A stretch of DNA of 34,194 bases from Octopus bimaculoides (taxonomy: Eukaryota), in the NCBI RefSeq assembly GCF_001194135.2, contig NC_068981.1, forward strand, positions 51,968,396 to 52,002,589. The letters run 5' to 3'. Position numbers and translations under genes: made by a program. The notes under the pieces were generated by a model. The model saw nothing but the letters and a program-made list of their open reading frames with translations, did no database searches and was not told the DNA's origin. Position 1 is the first letter of the stretch. Each line of letters starts with the position of its first letter. Below are positions 13,005 through 24,375 of the stretch, one piece after another.

Positions 13005-13473
13005 TATATCTATGGTGAAAGATATTCCAGTCAGAGCCTTCACGTGATATTTTTAAAATATATTGGATTCCAATGTCCAATTTGCCCTCCTTTGTTAATA
13101 AAGTAAGGTACGACATGAGGGAATTTCGATGCTTGTTTTGGTAATCAAGAGATGTATGCAAGCCCCCACGCGGGTTCGACCTTCTGGTAGTGACGCATAA
13201 TAGGGACAGTGATGGTGCAGGTATTGGTACTGATAATGTTGGCGGTAGTGATAAGATGGATGGGATGATTCAGTGTTACATATTGTACTACAACCATTTC
13301 ATTTCCCTGACATTCTATAACACCTATAATTCTTTAGGATATAGATTGCTTCAGCTTTTTATTTTGCTTCTGGAGTAGCGTTAGTTCTTTATCCTATTAC
13401 ACTGTTTGTCAGACACTATTTGAAATAGTGTCAGTTCGAAATGAACAGTTAACAAAAAGACTGAGAAATGAGA

Positions 13474-13488
13474 CGAGAGAGAGAGAGC

Positions 13489-13540
<52 letters not shown>

Positions 13541-13640
13541 GAGTGAGTCAGTGAGTGAGTCAGTGAGTGGGTGAGTCAGTGAGTGAGTCAGTGAGTGAGT
13601 GAGTGAGTGAGTGAGTAAGTGAGTGAGTGAGTGAGTGAGA
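13474..13640. repeat. (GA)n grading into (GAGT)n microsatellite
   Basis: Directly visible; source of the SLSL/LTHS part of ORF 13409-13987. Confidence 0.95.
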
Positions 13641-14829
13641 AGTCTTGTAATATATTTAGAATTAAATTGGACGTGTCGGAAATTAAAGTGGTCTGCCTTC
13701 TGGGGAGGAAGAACACGGCTCTCTGGGCATTTAAAGACTTTCTGTTGATCAGAATTCAGCAGATAGTTGAATGTAAATCTGAAATCAAAATTGTTAACGA
13801 GCTTCAACGTTGTAAAAGATGCAGGATGAAGACAGAGGGTGGATAATATTACATGATTTATGACGCAGATAGAATGAATACTATCATCAGAATTACTAAA
13901 TCTTTCAACGACCAATAACAAATTAGAAGCAGTTTCCATAAAAGCTTGCTTACAGAACTGAAAAGATATTATCTGAATCAAAATCATTTTGATGTCCGTG
14001 TTTTATAGACCAGATCAGGGTGGTATTTACGTTGTAAGATTTTTTCCGATTTCTCGTTATTGGATTTTTTCTGTATATGTTTGTTTTGTTTGTTATTTGT
14101 TTTCTTTTGTTTTGCTTTCTTTTTGATTTTTTTTTTTCATTGTAAAGACACATTTACAATCTTTATAGATGATGGTGGCCTTACAGTCGATCTGTAGAAT
14201 GATAACAACGCTTCTGGTAAAAGAAGAGTTTGTTCTTTTCTTAGATGTTGAATTCAGTCGTTCCTTCTGGCACAGTAAATAAAAGTAGTAACATTATCAT
14301 TTTTGTAACCGTTGGTATATCTGACGATGATCATCATCATGATGACAACAACCACGACGACGACTACGACATCGATGACGATGATGATTGTGAGTAGGTA
14401 GGGAACAATGGTGTTAGATATGAATTGCTTACATAGGAAACTTATTGTTGATGTTTTAATCTATGTTTGTATAAGATGTGAGTGTTTATACTTGTGTGAC
14501 CCTGTTTAAATATATCTATATGCATCGATATGCATGCGTTAGTGTTAAATGAATATTTAATTACGAGAATATCGCTGCTGGTGACACGATCACGATATGA
14601 TGGCTTCTATACTAAGAGGCAACTTCATTAGTTTGAAGGTGATAAAGAAGTCGAGATAAAAGTAGCAGGAAAATAATACATCACTTATTCCTTGTAAGAA
14701 GTTTCAAAGAATAAAACGGCGTGATTCAATGAGAGGCGTATACTCTGCATATAGCTTCAGGTTAAAAAGGCTTTGTTACGAAATATAGAATAGAGAAAGC
14801 TGCAGAGTGTAAGAACAAAAGCAGAACGA

Positions 14830-14960
<131 letters not shown>

Positions 14961-17856
14961 CCTTTCTTTTATTAGCCACACAGGGCTCAACAAAGATGGG
15001 ACAAATACAATGTAGAGCTTTTCTTTTGGGGAGAGGGAAGGACAGAAAAAAAAAATAGGGGTGTGTCGATCAAAAGGGATCGTAGGAAGGGGAAAAGGAG
15101 GGAGTTCGATCAAAAGGGATCGAAAAAAAAACGATCAATAGGGATCGTGTATCACACTCATGTTCTTGTGTACAAAGAGGGGAGGACAGTTTAGGTTTAG
15201 CCGTGGAAAGAAAAGCCTACGGAAAACACCACGGTAACCTTGGTCAATATTGTCATTGAAGAAACTATAACAGTAAGTGACTCTCTTTTGCCTTTTTGTT
15301 TTTCTTTTTCTAGTTCATAGGGTTATGCTCAAGGTGGCTCCTTCATTCACACGTGCCATCCTTGCTACATTCACCCATCTTTTATTGAAGCATTTACTAG
15401 ACAAGGCTTCCCTTTCTACTCTCACTTTCCTCTTCAGGTGATACTTGAAGAAGTTGATGAGAGATTGCCCAGAGAGGAAAGTCTTTGTCTCTAGACCTTT
15501 CAGACGCGTCCACCATACACATTCTTTCGCCATAGCCACAAGTACGATGAAAATAGCTCTTCCTTCCCGTTTAAAGGAAGGAGGCGCGACAATATTCACG
15601 ATAGACTCGGCTGATAGACCGACTCGTCCCACACGCGATNNNNNNNNNNNNNNNNNNNNNNNNNNNNNNNNNNNNNNNNNNNNNNNNNNNNNNNNNNNNN
15701 NNNNNNNNNNNNNNNNNNNNNNNNNNNNNNNNNNNNNNNNNNNNNNNNNNNNNNNNNNNNNNNNNNNNNNNNNNNNNNNNNNNNNNNNNNNNNNNNNNNN
15801 NNNNNNNNNNNNNNNNNNNNNNNNNNNNNNNNNNNNNNNNNNNNNNNNNNNNNNNNNNNNNNNNNNNNNNNNNNNNNNNNNNNNNNNNNNNNNNNNNNNN
15901 NNNNNNNNNNNNNNNNNNNNNNNNNNNNNNNNNNNNNNNNNNNNNNNNNNNNNNNNNNNNNNNNNNNNNNNNNNNNNNNNNNNNNNNNNNNNNNNNNNNN
16001 NNNNNNNNNNNNNNNNNNNNNNNNNNNNNNNNNNNNNNNNNNNNNNNNNNNNNNNNNNNNNNNNNNNNNNNNNNNNNNNNNNNNNNNNNNNNNNNNNNNN
16101 NNNNNNNNNNNNNNNNNNNNNNNNNNNNNNNNNNNNNNNNNNNNNNNNNNNNNNNNNNNNNNNNNNNNNNNNNNNNNNNNNNNNNNNNNNNNNNNNNNNN
16201 NNNNNNNNNNNNNNNNNNNNNNNNNNNNNNNNNNNNNNNNNNNNNNNNNNNNNNNNNNNNNNNNNNNNNNNNNNNNNNNNNNNNNNNNNNNNNNNNNNNN
16301 NNNNNNNNNNNNNNNNNNNNNNNNNNNNNNNNNNNNNNNNNNNNNNNNNNNNNNNNNNNNNNNNNNNNNNNNNNNNNNNNNNNNNNNNNNNNNNNNNNNN
16401 NNNNNNNNNNNNNNNNNNNNNNNNNNNNNNNNNNNNNNNNNNNNNNNNNNNNNNNNNNNNNNNNNNNNNNNNNNNNNNNNNNNNNNNNNNNNNNNNNNNN
16501 NNNNNNNNNNNNNNNNNNNNNNNNNNNNNNNNNNNNNNNNNNNNNNNNNNNNNNNNNNNNNNNNNNNNNNNNNNNNAGCCGCGGAAAATGGGACCGAAGC
16601 CAGCCGCTATGAGGACAGCCTCCAAGTATTGATGGTCTACCCTATCGAAAGCTTTCGATTGATCTAAATTGATCAGGGCCCCACCCATGCCAGGTTCCTT
16701 AACTACCCGCTCTATGATGTAGCGCATCAGATGGAGGTTGTCATGGATGCTCCTGCCCGGCACGGCGGACGTTTGCGCCATGCTGACCAGTTTCTTGATG
16801 ACAAGCGCCAACCGCTTGGCTAACACCTTGGCCAAAATTTTCAGATCTGCATTGAGCAGAGTGATAGGCCTAAAGTTATCTATGACGTCCCCCTTGTTTG
16901 GATCTTTCTTCAGCAGCGTTACGGCTCCTCGGCTCACAAAACCGGGAATGCTCCCGTTTTGCTGCCAGTTGCAGTACACCGCCACCAAGACGTCTCCAAA
17001 CAAGTCTGGCATACAGTTGTAAAGCTCGTAGGNNNNNNNNNNNNNNNNNNNNNNNNNNNNNNNNNNNNNNNNNNNNNNNNNNNNNNNNNNNNNNNNNNNN
17101 NNNNNNNNNNNNNNNNNNNNNNNNNNNNNNNNNNNNNNNNNNNNNNNNNNNNNNNNNNNNNNNNNNNNNNNNNNNNNNNNNNNNNNNNNNNNNNNNNNNN
17201 NNNNNNNNNNNNNNNNNNNNNNNNNNNNNNNNNNNNNNNNNNNNNNNNNNNNNNNNNNNNNNNNNNNNNNNNNNNNNNNNNNNNNNNNNNNNNNNNNNNN
17301 NNNNNNNNNNNNNNNNNNNNNNNNNNNNNNNNNNNNNNNNNNNNNNNNNNNNNNNNNNNNNNNNNNNNNNNNNNNNNNNNNNNNNNNNNNNNNNNNNNNN
17401 NNNNNNNNNNNNNNNNNNNNNNNNNNNNNNNNNNNNNNNNNNNNNNNNNNNNNNNNNNNNNNNNNNNNNNNNNNNNNNNNNNNNNNNNNNNNNNNNNNNN
17501 NNNNNNNNNNNNNNNNNNNNNNNNNNNNNNNNNNNNNNNNNNNNNNNNNNNNNNNNNNNNNNNNNNNNNNNNNNNNNNNNNNNNNNNNNNNNNNNNNNNN
17601 NNNNNNNNNNNNNNNNNNNNNGCTCGAGCAGTTCGCGCCCCTGTTCGTCCACCAGAGACCGAATGGTGGCTTTGTTGCCCTGTTGCCCTGTTGCGCCTCC
17701 GCCACCCGGGCCTCTCGCGCGGCTCCAACACCTTCGTTTCTTAGAGCACACATCCTAGCCCTGACAACGCACCCTTCGTGTTTGGCGTTGAAGTTTTGGT
17801 CTAGGGCCAACCTCGCCGCCAAAACGTCGGATGCGATGCCACTTCTAATTGCCTCA
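14961..17856 (-). mobile_element. 5'-truncated Tx1/L1-clade non-LTR retrotransposon (ORF2 part plus about 350-nt 3' UTR)
   Basis: RT motifs at 16577-17032 (NFRPITLLNADLKILAKVLAKRL; QTSAVPGRSIHDNL; LINLDQSKAFDRVDH) are typical of Tx1 ORF2. C-terminus CVWWTR...FFKYHLKRKVRVERE ends at stop 15315-15317; AATAAA at 14968-14973. Homology appears to begin at EAIRSG (about 17855). No APE endonuclease or ORF1 is present. Confidence 0.93.
15315..17855 (-). pseudogene. Tx1 ORF2 reverse transcriptase fragment, frameshifted and two-thirds hidden by N-gaps
   Basis: An 8-bp tandem duplication (TTGCCCTG x2, 17675-17690) shifts the frame. Removing one copy restores EAQQGNKATIRSLVDEQGRELLE. The sequenced RT and C-terminal blocks are stop-free. 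Confidence 0.88.
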
Positions 17857-17974
17857 GGAATGAGGGAATCGCCAAAAATAAACTTGATTGGATAAAACAA
17901 GAGAAAGAATGAAAATCCACATGAAATTGACTCGACTCAATCTAAATACCATATATGCGCATGTATGGAGATTT

Positions 17975-18226
17975 AATCTGTGAGTCTGTGTCTCTATACC
18001 ACTACGAAGTGACCCATATGTAACGCAGTATTTGTGCACAATAAAATGATGTTAAATGCTGCTCGGTACATGTTCATTTCTCAAAAGCATAAGATCGTCC
18101 GTTCAAATGCTATAAGGAGAATTTTGTGACGTGGCTCAGACATTTCCCAAGTGATATAGGGATATCACTATATGAATGGAACTATATAGATAGAGATACA
18201 ACAAACAGTTGAAATTGAATCGCCAA
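17975..18226 (+). repeat. Direct duplication, copy 2 (252 bp; lacks 15 bp TTAGATGTAGAACAC)
   Basis: Aligns to 12738-13004 at about 94% identity. Confidence 0.95.
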
Positions 18227-18850
18227 GTGAAGTCACTGATAACTTGACTTTTATTCAGCACGGTGAAAATAATTTTTTCCTTGGGCATGTTAGTAGTGCA
18301 GCTGGTGGGATGGGGCACGAGTATAGCAGTTAGTCCATTCCACTATTGACTCGGCTATCCATAGTCTCTATTAATCATGTGAGTGACGTAAGATGTGTAC
18401 TTGTAAAAGTCAAATCGAATCACCAAGGTTTTTACTGTTAATTTATGTGGCGAGAAGATTACATTCTACCCCGAGTAGTTGTTAAGAAATGATTTAATTA
18501 CTTCAAGGAGTGATCTGTCATTTCTTTCGGATATAACTGAAAATAATTTTCATTACAAATAGAAACCTAAATGATTTATGTCACAAGCCTTGGTAACAAT
18601 GGAGTATGACAACTGTTAACATTAAAATTTACGAGTTCGGATTAAAAGCTAAGGGTAAATTTTTGCAATTTGTCCACGTGATGATGTTAGAAATCAATAT
18701 TGACAAAGCATATTTTCCATATGAACCATCGTTTCGTTTTAATTAAATATTCAATTAAGTTAACTTGCATGTTTGTATGTTTAATAACTATGTTGATATC
18801 AGGCTGTTCGATTGGCCGAATCAGTGGAGCGTCGGACAAAATATTCAAAA

Positions 18851-18907
18851 TATTCAAATATGTATTTAAATATATTCAAATATGTATTTAAATATATTCA
18901 AATATGT
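18851..18907. repeat. 22-bp minisatellite (TATTCAAATATGTATTTAAATA x2.6)
   Basis: Directly visible. Confidence 0.9.
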
Positions 18908-19174
18908 TGACATGTATGTCGAGATTGTGAGTTGTCATAATTAGAAGGGCACCAAGCAAAATACCTTGCGGTACTTTTAGCCATCTCCTCTTATTTTCTT
19001 TCTTTAAATCCCTCTACGATCGATTTTACCACTCATCGATAAAATAAAATCTTAATGAAGTATTGAGTCCCATTATAATCGGTATATCTTCCTACAAAAT
19101 GACCGTGCTAGAAATCAATAAAGAATTTTCAATAATTGTTTCTAACAAAGGTAACAGGTCTAAAATTTAGGAGA

Positions 19175-19700
19175 AGCGATTAATCGATAGCATTGGCTCC
19201 AGTACTTGACCGGTTCTTTATTTTATCTAACTACTTCGTTCTTACCTTTACTACCACTCTGAACGCTGTTTGGAACTGTTTTTTTATTTCCTTCAAGTTT
19301 TGTTGTAATTATTATCTTATCCGAAACGATGAAAGACTCTGGGCATTTTCGATCACGAAAAAGTGAAAGACACAATAGACCTCGGTGGTTTTTGAACTCA
19401 AACACAAACAGATGGAAAAACTGCCGCTTGGCATTTTGTCCGATGCGCTAACGATCACCACCTTAATGGTCAGAACAAATAGTGCAGTGAATTTTTCCGA
19501 CACTAACGATTCTGCCAGTTCGATGATTAATAAGTATTTCTTATAGAGCGACAAATCTCTGAATACATATCCGCTGGTGATACTTAATCGAATCGATTCC
19601 AATATGTGACTGGTACTTATTTTATTGAGTTCAAGAGATGAAAGGTAAAGTAAGTCTCAGAACTCAGATCATAAAAGATGTAACTACGAATTTTTACTGT
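19175..19700 (-). mobile_element. Cluster of old, fragmented SINE family 1 remnants
   Basis: Reverse-complement matches to the 2571-2790 element, e.g. GACCTCGGTGGTTTTTGAACTCA (about 19379-19401), CTAACGATTCTGCCAG (about 19503-19518) and CTGGTACTTATTTTATTG..GATGAAAGGTAAAGT (about 19610-19651). Confidence 0.6.
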
Positions 19701-22092
19701 TTCGCGTCATATTATCAGTATGGAATATCAAGAAAGTGTTGGAATATTAGAAGACTAGACTAAACGTCACATGTTGATTTTGTCTTCCACCCACTTTGTG
19801 CAAATAAAATAAGTAACAGTAATATACTGAGTTGAAACATAATCCAGTATGACCTTCTTGTATAGGAGTGTCCATTAAAATCTGATACACCGATATAAAT
19901 ATACACTCGTCGGCCGGTTAGCATTAAGCTTCAGCGACCAGCTTTATACAGACACAGGATGTTGCCCTGCTGACTTCTCGAATGTTTTAGAATCATTATA
20001 GGTGGAGTGAATGTTCCTGGCAAATTGTAGCAAGTTTCACCGAACGGTACTCCTCTTTAAACTACATCACAGCAAAATGTTCTATTAACATGCGCGACGG
20101 CAGTCATTCTAGGTAGAAAATCAGGTTTTAATTTGTCAAAATGTGGGTAAATTCCTCCTCGAAACAAGAGTGGTACAAATACATCCCATATGGATGTAAT
20201 GGCAGTATTTGAAGATATTTTGTGTCTGTAGTTCGTGTAAGCAACACTTATAATTTGAACTCTACTCTTCATAATCAATAATGTCCGCGCAAAATACCTA
20301 CGGCGCATACTCAAGATATTACATATGTAAACACCTACCGTGTCTGTTTGTTAATGAAATAATCAGTCATTTAACTGAGTTCTTGCATCTCACAGTGGTG
20401 TAGTTACCATCCTAATGATGGTTATTTGAAACCAGGTTAATAGGATGATCCATTCGTTACTAACGAGATACCAATGATTACTTTCACAAACATTATAAGA
20501 TAAGGCAATTATGTCATGATAAGACTAATTTAAAAGAAATGACTGTAAACAGTTTTAGTTGGCACTGAGCCTCGTTCGTAACCCAATTTCATTTCCTAAA
20601 GAAAATCAGTTTACTTCACCTTCATCTGATGACTTGTGCTCAATAAGAAATCAATATTCTTAGATTAATTGTTGCGAGTTTTGTAGAATAAAGGTAAGCA
20701 CTCATCAAACTGACTTTATAACATGGTTTCGATAACCAGTTGCCGTTACTTCACTTTGACATTTCGTTTTAGAACCATAAAATAAAATTGATAGACATTG
20801 ATTGTGATAGCTCTTCTGATTGAATAGTAATGCTTTGAATAAAATTATACGAAGGAATTGAGCAATGTAGACACTAATGAACAGATAGAGAGTACAGAGT
20901 TGTTGGATAGACTTTGTCAGTCCGAATGAATAACGAGGGTGACTACCAGCAGAAAAGAAGCTAACAGAAAATGAACACTCAACTGGAGTTTATTCGATTG
21001 TCATGCTCCTCCATAAAGAGGAGATGGGCGCATCTATATTGAGGAGCATGTTTTAACATTTACGTTTCAAAACGTATGGCCTCATTTTAAGAATTGTTTG
21101 AGTTTTATTGATTGAAATTTAAATATAACTATTAACAGAGTGAACAACTACATAGAAGTACCCTAGCGTTTTCGTTGGCAGTCTGGTTAGTATATTCAAC
21201 AGTAGTTTTAAGATGAAGGGGAAATTTAGGTCGGGGCCACCATTTTAGTTGAGCAAAGATTATTGAAGCAATGGTAAAAAATACAAAATGGAGAATACTT
21301 TAATCAATGAGAAAGAAAATAGAAATAAATTAATGCGAAATAAAAGATGTAGCAACTCGATTCTAGGGGGTTTACATGAGATATTTCTTTCAATTTTCTA
21401 TTTGTTATTTTTTCAAAAAGTTTAAATGATCAGCTTCAACATGTATGAAACATACTCGCCTTCTCGACCTGACTCCTCCCACCTCGAAGGAAACTTCCCC
21501 ACCACCACTCACTACCACCAATACTAATACTATCACTGCCATGTCTGCTCTTGTATAGATTCGACCGTGTGTCGTCAATGCATTTACCCGGCAGCCAATA
21601 CATTTGAACCCTAATTGATTCTATTCAAATACAAAATCAATGGTTGGCTTCGTTTCGAAAATGGATTGAAGGACAGTACGTGTATGAGTAAGCAGCAACA
21701 CCACTGACAGCCTTACGACTACACTACAGAATAAAAGGGAAAAGAAAAGAAAAAAACGAAGAAATAGCAACAACTTACACCGAGTAATACTACATGTCAA
21801 CAAATACAACAACGACAACAACAACAACAACAATAGGAAGCCTTAACAAACTGAAACAACAGAGACATTTTAATGGTTTTTCCCTTCATTGCTTGCATGA
21901 TTTAAAGATGATAACGCAAGACATTGACTTTCTATGCATATTTATGTGTGTGTATGTGTGTGAATAGGGAGAGAGAGAGAGAGAGAGAAAGGGAGAAGAA
22001 GCAAGAAAGAAAAAGAAATAGCGAAAGTTAAAGAGACAAAAACAGAGATAATTAACAATATGTGTATGTGCAAACATATATGTAAATGCATA

Positions 22093-22292
22093 TATATATA
22101 TATATACATACATACATACATATGCACGCACATACAAACATACATACACATACGTATAAATATATGTACATATATACATGCATATGTGGGTATATATATA
22201 TACATATATATATATATATACATACATACATACATATGCACGCACATACAAACATACATACACATACGTATAAATATATGTACATATATACA
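22093..22292. repeat. 114-bp tandem duplication of low-complexity TA/CA sequence next to a 47-N gap
   Basis: TATGCACGCACATACAAACATAC occurs at 22121 and 22235 with identical context; probably a contig-overlap artefact. Confidence 0.8.
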
Positions 22293-22800
22293 NNNNNNNN
22301 NNNNNNNNNNNNNNNNNNNNNNNNNNNNNNNNNNNNNNNATATATATATACGTATGTGTAATACTTGAATCTATGTAGGTAAATATAATAATCTTAGTTG
22401 TATGTATTTGCATGACACACAATGAGAGCATGTACGTGCGCGTCCGTGAGTGAGTGTACGGTTAGTTGTTTGGCCAAAGGGGTCTGATGTGTATAATTGA
22501 TTACTATTGGCAAATAGAAAGCAATTTACAAATCTCGAACATGGAAGCTAGATATCTATGCTGTAGGCAACGATCTGGTAATAATTGATCGATTATACAG
22601 AAATCTAAGATAAAAAAGTGAAACTGTCTTACATGACATTTTTTTTTACCCTGTTTCTTTACTCCAAACCGATCATGCCTAACTGAAGCTTGTTTTCATA
22701 GAAATATAAATAACGAAGGAAAAAGAACCCAAAACTATTTTGCAAAGATTTATACACGTATACATATGTACATGCATTGTATATATATATATATATAAAG

Positions 22801-22908
22801 ATACATACATACATACATACATAAATACATACATACATACATACATACATACATACGTACATACATACATACATACATACATACATACATACATACATAC
22901 ATACATAC
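22801..22908. repeat. (CATA)n microsatellite
   Basis: Directly visible. Confidence 0.97.
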
Positions 22909-23944
22909 AATGTGTGTGTCTATGTTTGTGCGTATGTGTGTTTTTTCCATGTTTGCTTTCCGCGTGTTCTTTCTTTGATTTGTTTTCTATTCATTTATTT
23001 TTGCTGATTTTTTTTTGTTTTTTGTTTTTTAATGTAAAGACGATGCATTTAGCTATGATAATATATTATGTTCATATACATTAAGATATCGATAGATAGA
23101 CAGATAGACAGGTAGAAACACTGACAGACAGACAAACAGACAGATAAAATGATAGAGAGAGAGAAAGAGAGAAAGAGAGAGAAAGGTTAATGGATTAAAT
23201 AATTAAACTGATAATTAATGTATTAATGTACTGGTTGATATATATATTCATTGCTCATAATTAATTGGTTCTTTGGTTCTAGACGGATTAAATTTATTTG
23301 CAGATTGATTCAGCCACTTGCGAATCTATGCACGTGAATGTTGTGTGTGTGTGTGTGTGTGTGTGTGTNNNNNNNNNNNNNNNNNNNNNNNNNNNNNNNN
23401 NNNNNNNNNNNNNNNNNNNNNNNNNNNNNNNNNNNNNNNNNNNNNNNNNNNNNNNNNNNNNNNNNNNNNNNNNNNNNNNNNNNNNNNNNNNNNNNNNNNN
23501 NNNNNNNNNNNNNNNNNNNNNNNNNNNNNNNNNNNNNNNNNNNNNNNNNNNNNNNNNNNNNNNNNNNNNNNNNNNNNNNNNNNNACGCTGAAATAACTTG
23601 CATGCATACATTGGTAGAAACAGATAACTACATGGTAGCAGATAAAAAGATTGAAAGCATGATGGATGGATGGATGGATGGATGGATGGGTCAATGGGTG
23701 TAAGAGAGCTTGTTGTTAAATATGATACTGAGTAACTAAATAGACAGGTGAGAAGCCAATGTCTTGTGGTGTTGCTCCACATCAGCTCTGATCATACAGT
23801 CCTAGAGAACAAATGTAACCTGCCGATCGACCTACGCGTCCTTCTCTCCTGTCATTCCGTGTGTCGATCTTGTCGATGACTACACTACATACTACACCGA
23901 CACGCAATGAGTTTTATGGAGTGCTACTTGGCAGTTTGGACAAA

Positions 23945-24004
23945 TTGTGCTGTCTTCACTGTCCAGTCTATTCTTGTAGACTGGACAGCTAGGTCAGAGC
24001 ACAA
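23945..24004. ncRNA. 60-nt hairpin, pre-miRNA-like (candidate only)
   Basis: Perfect 12-bp stem CTGTCCAGTCTA/TAGACTGGACAG (23959-23970/23977-23988) around a 6-nt loop, extendable to about 23 bp with one 2x2 loop, one mismatch and one 2-nt bulge. Confidence 0.25.
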
Positions 24005-24206
24005 CAATTACTGCTCTCCACACTTGTTCGTGACGGCAACCCAGCACGAAATTAGTGTCTCGTGAAAACGTGCGTAAATGTTATTTATACTTTCCTGTGC
24101 TTGGTAGAGGTGGTATTGTCTGAAGAATGTTGTTGGAATAATGTTTAGAATTGTATGTATGTTCCAAGATGTTTAGATATGTTTTGTTTTCTTTTTCTTT
24201 CTACAG

Positions 24207-24265
24207 AGTAGGACTGTTGGGGTTGAAAGATCCTGTGGAAACAAACTTTACGCTCACATGTTCAG
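24207..24265 (+). other. Candidate exon (59 nt) with strong splice sites
   Basis: Long polypyrimidine tract plus ctacAG; donor CAG|GTATGT. Two open frames: SRTVGVERSCGNKLYAHMF or VGLLGLKDPVETNFTLTCS. Confidence 0.45.
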
Positions 24266-24375
24266 GTATGTGGGTATGTTCGGTCACAACTGTTATGATA
24301 TGATAAACATTGTTTTCTGCTTTTGTAGTTTATTGTATTTGTCGTAGTGAGAGAAATCGAAAACCTAGACAAGAA

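Larger units (their letters stand above)
12000..14216 (+). pseudogene. Decayed coding remnants resembling LDL-receptor class B (YWTD) beta-propeller repeats (LRP-like)
   Basis: Stop- and frameshift-interrupted translations: KVLY*...LINHTGY*ISDD...LLYTTMW; RIAIDPTNNSCY; FD*ADTKSVSL; ALDVEHRYMF....KIVRSN; KIYW; NIFRIKLDVSEIKVV...ALWAFKDFLL; YMIYDADRMNTIIRITK. A phase-1 donor GTAAGA at 14034 joins exon 14169-14216, (Y)DGGLTVDL*NDNNAS. No intact YWTD motif is present; similarity judged by eye only. Confidence 0.33.

Noticed and set aside
13409-13987. 192-aa minus ORF, with ASNLLLVVERF vaguely like a GPCR TM3 motif
   Set aside because: The last third is microsatellite, there is no multi-TM pattern, and it is in exact antisense register with the + frame that better explains the region.
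16738-17895. Plus-strand and alternative-frame ORFs over the Tx1 element
   Set aside because: Antisense shadows of the GC-richer retrotransposon ORF2, or N-run read-through.
19861-20330. Possible Tc1/maT element starting TATAGGAGTGTCCATTAAAA
   Set aside because: The TIR-like start has no matching right TIR, and I found no convincing transposase motifs.
22093-22292. 114-bp tandem duplication as a biological minisatellite
   Set aside because: Identical copies end at a small scaffold gap, typical of unmerged contig overlap.
23959-23992. Helitron 3' end (hairpin followed by CTAG)
   Set aside because: CTAG abuts the stem without the usual ~10-nt spacer, is followed by G rather than T, and no 5' TC terminus or Rep/helicase is evident.
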